From an uncultured Pirellulales bacterium (lineage in GTDB: Bacteria; Planctomycetota; Phycisphaerae; Sedimentisphaerales; CAYZTY01), in contig CAYUIE010000003.1 of assembly GCA_964444665.1 (NCBI GenBank), forward strand, positions 234,990 to 298,989: a stretch of DNA of 64,000 nucleotides. Direction: 5' to 3'. The notes under the pieces are model-generated. The model worked only from the letters and a program-made list of their open reading frames with translations. It did not search any database and had not been told where the DNA came from. The position numbers and the translations under genes are program-made. This document shows, piece after piece, positions 60,736 to 64,000 of this stretch. Within the stretch, counting starts at the first letter, position 1. Each line of letters starts with the position of its first letter.

Positions 60736-61776
60736 TTAGCTTGAAACATTGAATTCTCTCACCTTTCCTTGTATCGCAGCCCGTTTCGCTCGTATTAAAC
60801 CTGTCTCAACAAGTTTGTTGCAGTAGTCTGAATAGGTGCGGATGGCTATAGGCTTAATTGCCTTCGATGTGCATGTCCTGAGATACAGCCGCCATAGGTC
60901 ACCCGACAGAATTCCCGGATTTCCTGCGATTAGCTCAAACAACAGCTTATGGTGGTCGGTCAGCTTGTGAAGGATGAACGCCTTTTTCAGGGTCTTCGAG
61001 TTGTTCCACGCCTGCTTAACATGGGAAGTCATAATTGGACCCTGGCCGTCTCTTTCAGCGATATAAACGGCATTTTTGAGGGTCTGTATGGCCACCCTCG
61101 CATCACCGGTTGCAAGCTGTGCTATGAGACGCAAAAGACCCTCGTCGCATGTTCCTGGTGTAAGAGCATATTGCGCCCGATGATTGAGAATGCTAAACAA
61201 CTCATCGCAAGAGTAATCCTTAAAGAATACCTGAGCAGGATTGAGCCTGGATTTCACTCTTTCCTCAAGGCCGAAATAAACGTGCTCGGAATTGCAAGCA
61301 CAGATTAGACCAACTGTCGGAAGGTCCGAAAGGTTATATAGAATTGAATGCCTTTCCTTCGGAGGTGGCTGATTTATTTCATCGAGAATGATGACCAAAC
61401 GCTCCCTGGAAATATGCCTTTTGAGTCTCTCCAGTTTGAATGAGGTGCTGAGCTTATCGGCGCCCAGCATACGCAACTCAATCGCAATACGCTCGAGCAC
61501 CGAGAAGAAGGTCGGATTCTCCCAGCAGTTAACGTATATGCCTTTGATCCCTGCTTCCTGATGAAGCTTTTTTAAGATAAGTCGGGCTATGACGGTCTTG
61601 CCAGTGCCGGGTTTTCCGTGAAGCCAAGTGTGTATGGGCTTTCTGCCTTCGGTAATCGGCCGAAGGCACAGTGCAATCTCCTTCAAGTGAGATTCACGCT
61701 TGAGAGTTTCCTCTGGAATATGGCTTTCGCTGAAGAAATCTGGGTCCAGCAGAATTGGTTGTCCTTCAGGAGGCAT
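60736..61776 (-). CDS. cdc6: Orc1/Cdc6-family replication initiator (archaeal type)
   Basis: FSESHIPE..LKRESH.KEIA.CL.P N-terminus; Walker A GKPGTGKT; YVNC; Walker B IILDEI; Arg finger RVKSRL; F..YS.DEL..IL..RA; sensor II GDARVAI; C-terminal winged helix. Confidence 0.9.
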   Translation of the reverse strand: MPPEGQPILLDPDFFSESHIPEETLKRESHLKEIALCLRPITEGRKPIHTWLHGKPGTGKTVIARLILKKLHQEAGIKGIYVNCWENPTFFSVLERIAIELRMLGADKLSTSFKLERLKRHISRERLVIILDEINQPPPKERHSILYNLSDLPTVGLICACNSEHVYFGLEERVKSRLNPAQVFFKDYSCDELFSILNHRAQYALTPGTCDEGLLRLIAQLATGDARVAIQTLKNAVYIAERDGQGPIMTSHVKQAWNNSKTLKKAFILHKLTDHHKLLFELIAGNPGILSGDLWRLYLRTCTSKAIKPIAIRTYSDYCNKLVETGLIRAKRAAIQGKVREFNVSS

Positions 61777-61799
61777 ATCTATGATTCGCGCTGCATGGG

Positions 61800-61814
61800 A
61801 ATATATCTTTCGGT
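61800..61814 (-). promoter_or_regulatory. Archaeal BRE+TATA-like motif upstream of orc1/cdc6
   Basis: ACCGAAAG-ATATATT; CCGAAAG begins 37 nt before ATG 61776; no SD. Confidence 0.6.
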
Positions 61815-61903
61815 ACTACACAGCTTGCGGTTTATGCGGATAAAGGTGGAGGTTTAGACAATAGTTCGGAATGTATAAACCGGGGATGATACGCTCTACT
61901 TTT

Positions 61904-62236
61904 CTACCGTGCGCGATATTTAAATATCCTCTCGTACTCTTTGTGTGAACACCAATCGAGAATTATGGCTATGATTTCTATGCCCTCCCGGCCCAGGGAA
62001 TACAGCAACCTCCATGCATTTGGAAGGTCATATTTGTACAGGTTATTTATGCTATACAGTTTTATATATCTCTTGGGTATCAATCGCTTTGGTATCGCAG
62101 TACCACAATCAGGTTTGAGCTTGATGTCCTCTATGGCCCGCAGAATGAATCTGTAAAGCTCTCTGAGTTCTTCGTTGGTTTTCAGTTTAAGAAAGTTCTT
62201 CTCTGCCTTTCGGTCAACGAAGTATACCTCCACCAT
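61904..62236 (-). CDS. RelE/ParE-superfamily toxin-like protein, archaeal style
   Basis: NLYKYDLPNAWRLLYSL...IILDWCSHKEYERIF; coupled to the upstream wHTH gene. Confidence 0.7.
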   Translation of the reverse strand: MVEVYFVDRKAEKNFLKLKTNEELRELYRFILRAIEDIKLKPDCGTAIPKRLIPKRYIKLYSINNLYKYDLPNAWRLLYSLGREGIEIIAIILDWCSHKEYERIFKYRAR

Positions 62237-62535
62237 TAAACCACCTTTAGATCAGGTCTCGATTTATACTCTCTGACCAGAAGAGGATTATATACCCAGA
62301 CTATCTTTCCCTCTCTGTCAGACATAACGAAGCCTTTCGCGTAGAAGTATTCGATTATCAGTTTAAGAGTGGGGTAGATGACTGTTCGTGGCAATGCTTT
62401 ATAGAGCTCGGTTATAGTACACGCTCCGAGCTGCTTTAGCGTCCCCTCTACCATCAGAACAGTGTCAAGTGTCGGAGAATGGGCATTTCTCCTCTTTTTT
62501 AATTCCATCGAACTGCATCTATCAAGCTTACTCAT
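62236..62535 (-). CDS. Small winged-helix protein, putative antitoxin/regulator, archaeal style
   Basis: HSPTLDTVLMVE..LK..G..T.TELYKALP...YPTL..I.EY...G......GKIVW.YNP; stop overlaps the RelE-like start. Confidence 0.65.
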   Translation of the reverse strand: MSKLDRCSSMELKKRRNAHSPTLDTVLMVEGTLKQLGACTITELYKALPRTVIYPTLKLIIEYFYAKGFVMSDREGKIVWVYNPLLVREYKSRPDLKVV

Positions 62536-62556
62536 GTATTTACATATAAATATTCA

Positions 62557-62575
62557 TACTTAAATATCTTTCGGT
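62557..62575 (-). promoter_or_regulatory. Archaeal BRE+TATA-like promoter
   Basis: ACCGAAAG-ATATTTAAGTA; TTTAAGTA at -29..-22 from ATG 62535; no SD. Confidence 0.65.
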
Positions 62576-63002
62576 GAAGCGAGGATGATAAATCGCCCAA
62601 AATAAATGGACTAGGACTGGAAACCATCAGGTTAAGGTAGTAGCTCTACTTTGGGAAGGCCAGATGGTTCAGAGTTCTTACGTAAAACGAACTTTTCGCT
62701 ATTCACAAGCCTCTTGGATCAGAAACTGAGAACATTCAAAGAAAAGCGGCCAACTATGAGCATCGGATCGACAGTCCGAATCGGGGCTTTATAAGTGTTT
62801 GTGAATAAATGGCTTGTGATGCTGACCGAAAGATAGCCGTAATGTAACTGAGGCCCAGACAAGCATAGTTGTCGCGCGCTTTGTTGCGTATCTCAGTGGC
62901 TGGCTTAATCCATTCTCGTTTATGCTCAAACGCGGGTTGGTTAGGCTGGTACTTTCAGGTTGGATTAAAGGCCTTCAACCATTTGTACTGACGGCATATA
63001 TT

Positions 63003-63205
63003 TTAACTGCCGTTTGGTAATTTGCTCAGGGTCCAATACGAATCAACTATCCTGATTGCCTCCGCGAACCCTTTATAATCAACAGGCTTTACTACATAAC
63101 CGGCAACGCTGAGCTTGAAGCTTTCGTCTATGTGCAACTCCTCATTGGAGGTGGTCAGCACCACAATAGGAATCTTTTTCAAGACATCATCAACCTTTAA
63201 AATTC
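63003..63205 (-). pseudogene. C-terminal half of a single-domain CheY/Rcp1-like response regulator, cut by IS66
   Basis: Manual translation ILKVDDVLKKIPIVVLTTSNEELHIDESFKLSVAGYVVKPVDYKGFAEAIRIVDSYWTLSKLPNGS*; homology ends at the IS terminus. Confidence 0.85.
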
Positions 63206-64000
63206 GTAAGCGTTCAGGCGGTTTTGGCTAAACAGCCTACAGTTTTTATTAACGATGGAGTTGGAATACCATCCAAATGACAACGACACGCATGATGCAA
63301 ATATTCAATAACACTTCGTCCTTGCAGGCGGCAAGTGGCGCAGGCGGTGAGGATCCGTTCCACATATCGTGCCCCGCGTTCGCTCTGCGTGCCGAAGCTG
63401 CCCTTACGCCACAAGACGGCCTGCCGCACCATCCGCTCGGCCAGATTATTGGTCGGCTCTACCCGCGCATCGTGCACGAATGTCCACAGATAATGCCGCT
63501 GGTTGAAAATGCGGCGGCATTGGCCCGACAAAGGCGAGCCACTATCGGCGCCTCGGGCCAGCAGCCTTTCCACCCGCTGCATCAGCGGCTCCATTCGACG
63601 TCGAAAAGTTTGCCAGCTAAGCGTTCCATCCCGCATCCGTTTGCGCAGGTGCAGGATTTGTTTGGACAAGGCAAACAATTTGCTCCCGATCCGGCCTATG
63701 GTCCCTTTCATCTCGCTGAAGGCTTGAAAATCTCGTTTCAGATGAGCCCAGCACAGTTGCCGCAGGCCGCCAAAGCAATTGTAGCCGCTCCAGCGGTCGC
63801 AATGCAGAATGCCGGCAAAGGTTCCCAGCAGTTTTTGAGCCGCTGTCTGCCCGCGTCCGGCCTGGATCAGAAAGACGGCCGCCGTGGTGCAACACAACGT
63901 CCAGAGCCAGCCTTTCTGCCGATTGCCGCGAGGCCAACCGGTTTCGTCAGCGTGGGCGATCGACTGCTGTTGCACATGTTCCAGCAGTTCTTGATGCGGG
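63206..64000 (-). mobile_element. IS66-family element, right end; continues beyond the window
   Basis: Terminal GTAAGCGTTCAG at 63206 (IS66 ends begin GTAA); visibly GC-richer DNA. Confidence 0.85.
63214..63975 (-). CDS. IS66 transposase TnpC, C-terminal part (5' truncated by the window)
   Basis: HADETGW, HCDRWSGY, QLCWAHLKRDF, EPTNNLAER, RKGSFGTQS. Confidence 0.93.
   Translation of the reverse strand: MQQQSIAHADETGWPRGNRQKGWLWTLCCTTAAVFLIQAGRGQTAAQKLLGTFAGILHCDRWSGYNCFGGLRQLCWAHLKRDFQAFSEMKGTIGRIGSKLFALSKQILHLRKRMRDGTLSWQTFRRRMEPLMQRVERLLARGADSGSPLSGQCRRIFNQRHYLWTFVHDARVEPTNNLAERMVRQAVLWRKGSFGTQSERGARYVERILTACATCRLQGRSVIEYLHHACRCHLDGIPTPSLIKTVGCLAKTA

Larger units (their letters stand above)
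49469..62917. mobile_element. Genomic island integrated at the ssrA 3' end (right boundary tentative)
   Basis: Integrase directly after tmRNA; accessory cargo; host-type gene remnant resumes at ~63000; 9-bp TCCATTCTC at 49469-49477 and 62909-62917. Confidence 0.6.

Noticed and set aside
61820-62660. Possible ORB origin boxes near orc1/cdc6 (e.g. ACTGGAAAC near 62617; GTTCGG..CCGGGG near 61864-61885)
   Set aside because: Only partial matches, not repeated; insufficient to call an origin.

Overview
Bacterial chromosome segment, most likely Planctomycetota (Phycisphaerae/Sedimentisphaerales-like; inferred from protein style, not from a database search). Layout: (1) 1-7 kb housekeeping and signalling (pepA, folE, two-domain QueD-like, tRNA-Phe, GAF-like protein, HDOD-histidine kinase, Xis-HTH response regulator, PilZ). 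(2) 7-42 kb a large Wzx/Wzy-type exopolysaccharide locus with many tailoring enzymes (D-glucuronyl C5-epimerase, pyruvyl-, methyl- and formyl-transferases, deacetylase, ATP-grasp, PaaK-like ligase, KamA-family radical SAM), preceded by IS3 and IS630 relics. (3) 42-49.5 kb his/nadE/glnA genes, tRNA-Ser and tmRNA. (4) 49.5-63 kb a genomic island at the ssrA 3' end. It holds a bacterial-type integrase, a four-gene GHKL ATPase / unknown / HEPN-like / adenine methyltransferase operon (candidate defence system), and an apparently archaeal module. That module has an Orc1/Cdc6 initiator, an archaeal-style tyrosine recombinase with a Zn ribbon, an SSB-like protein, a Cas4/RecB-like nuclease and a wHTH/RelE-like pair. 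Several of these genes carry BRE+TATA-like promoter motifs at a near-constant distance from SD-less start codons. (5) A host-type response regulator remnant cut by an IS66 element at the window end. The best lead is the archaeal-type replicon module, with apparently archaeal transcription signals, flanked on both sides by bacterial DNA. All family assignments come from motif recognition by eye.
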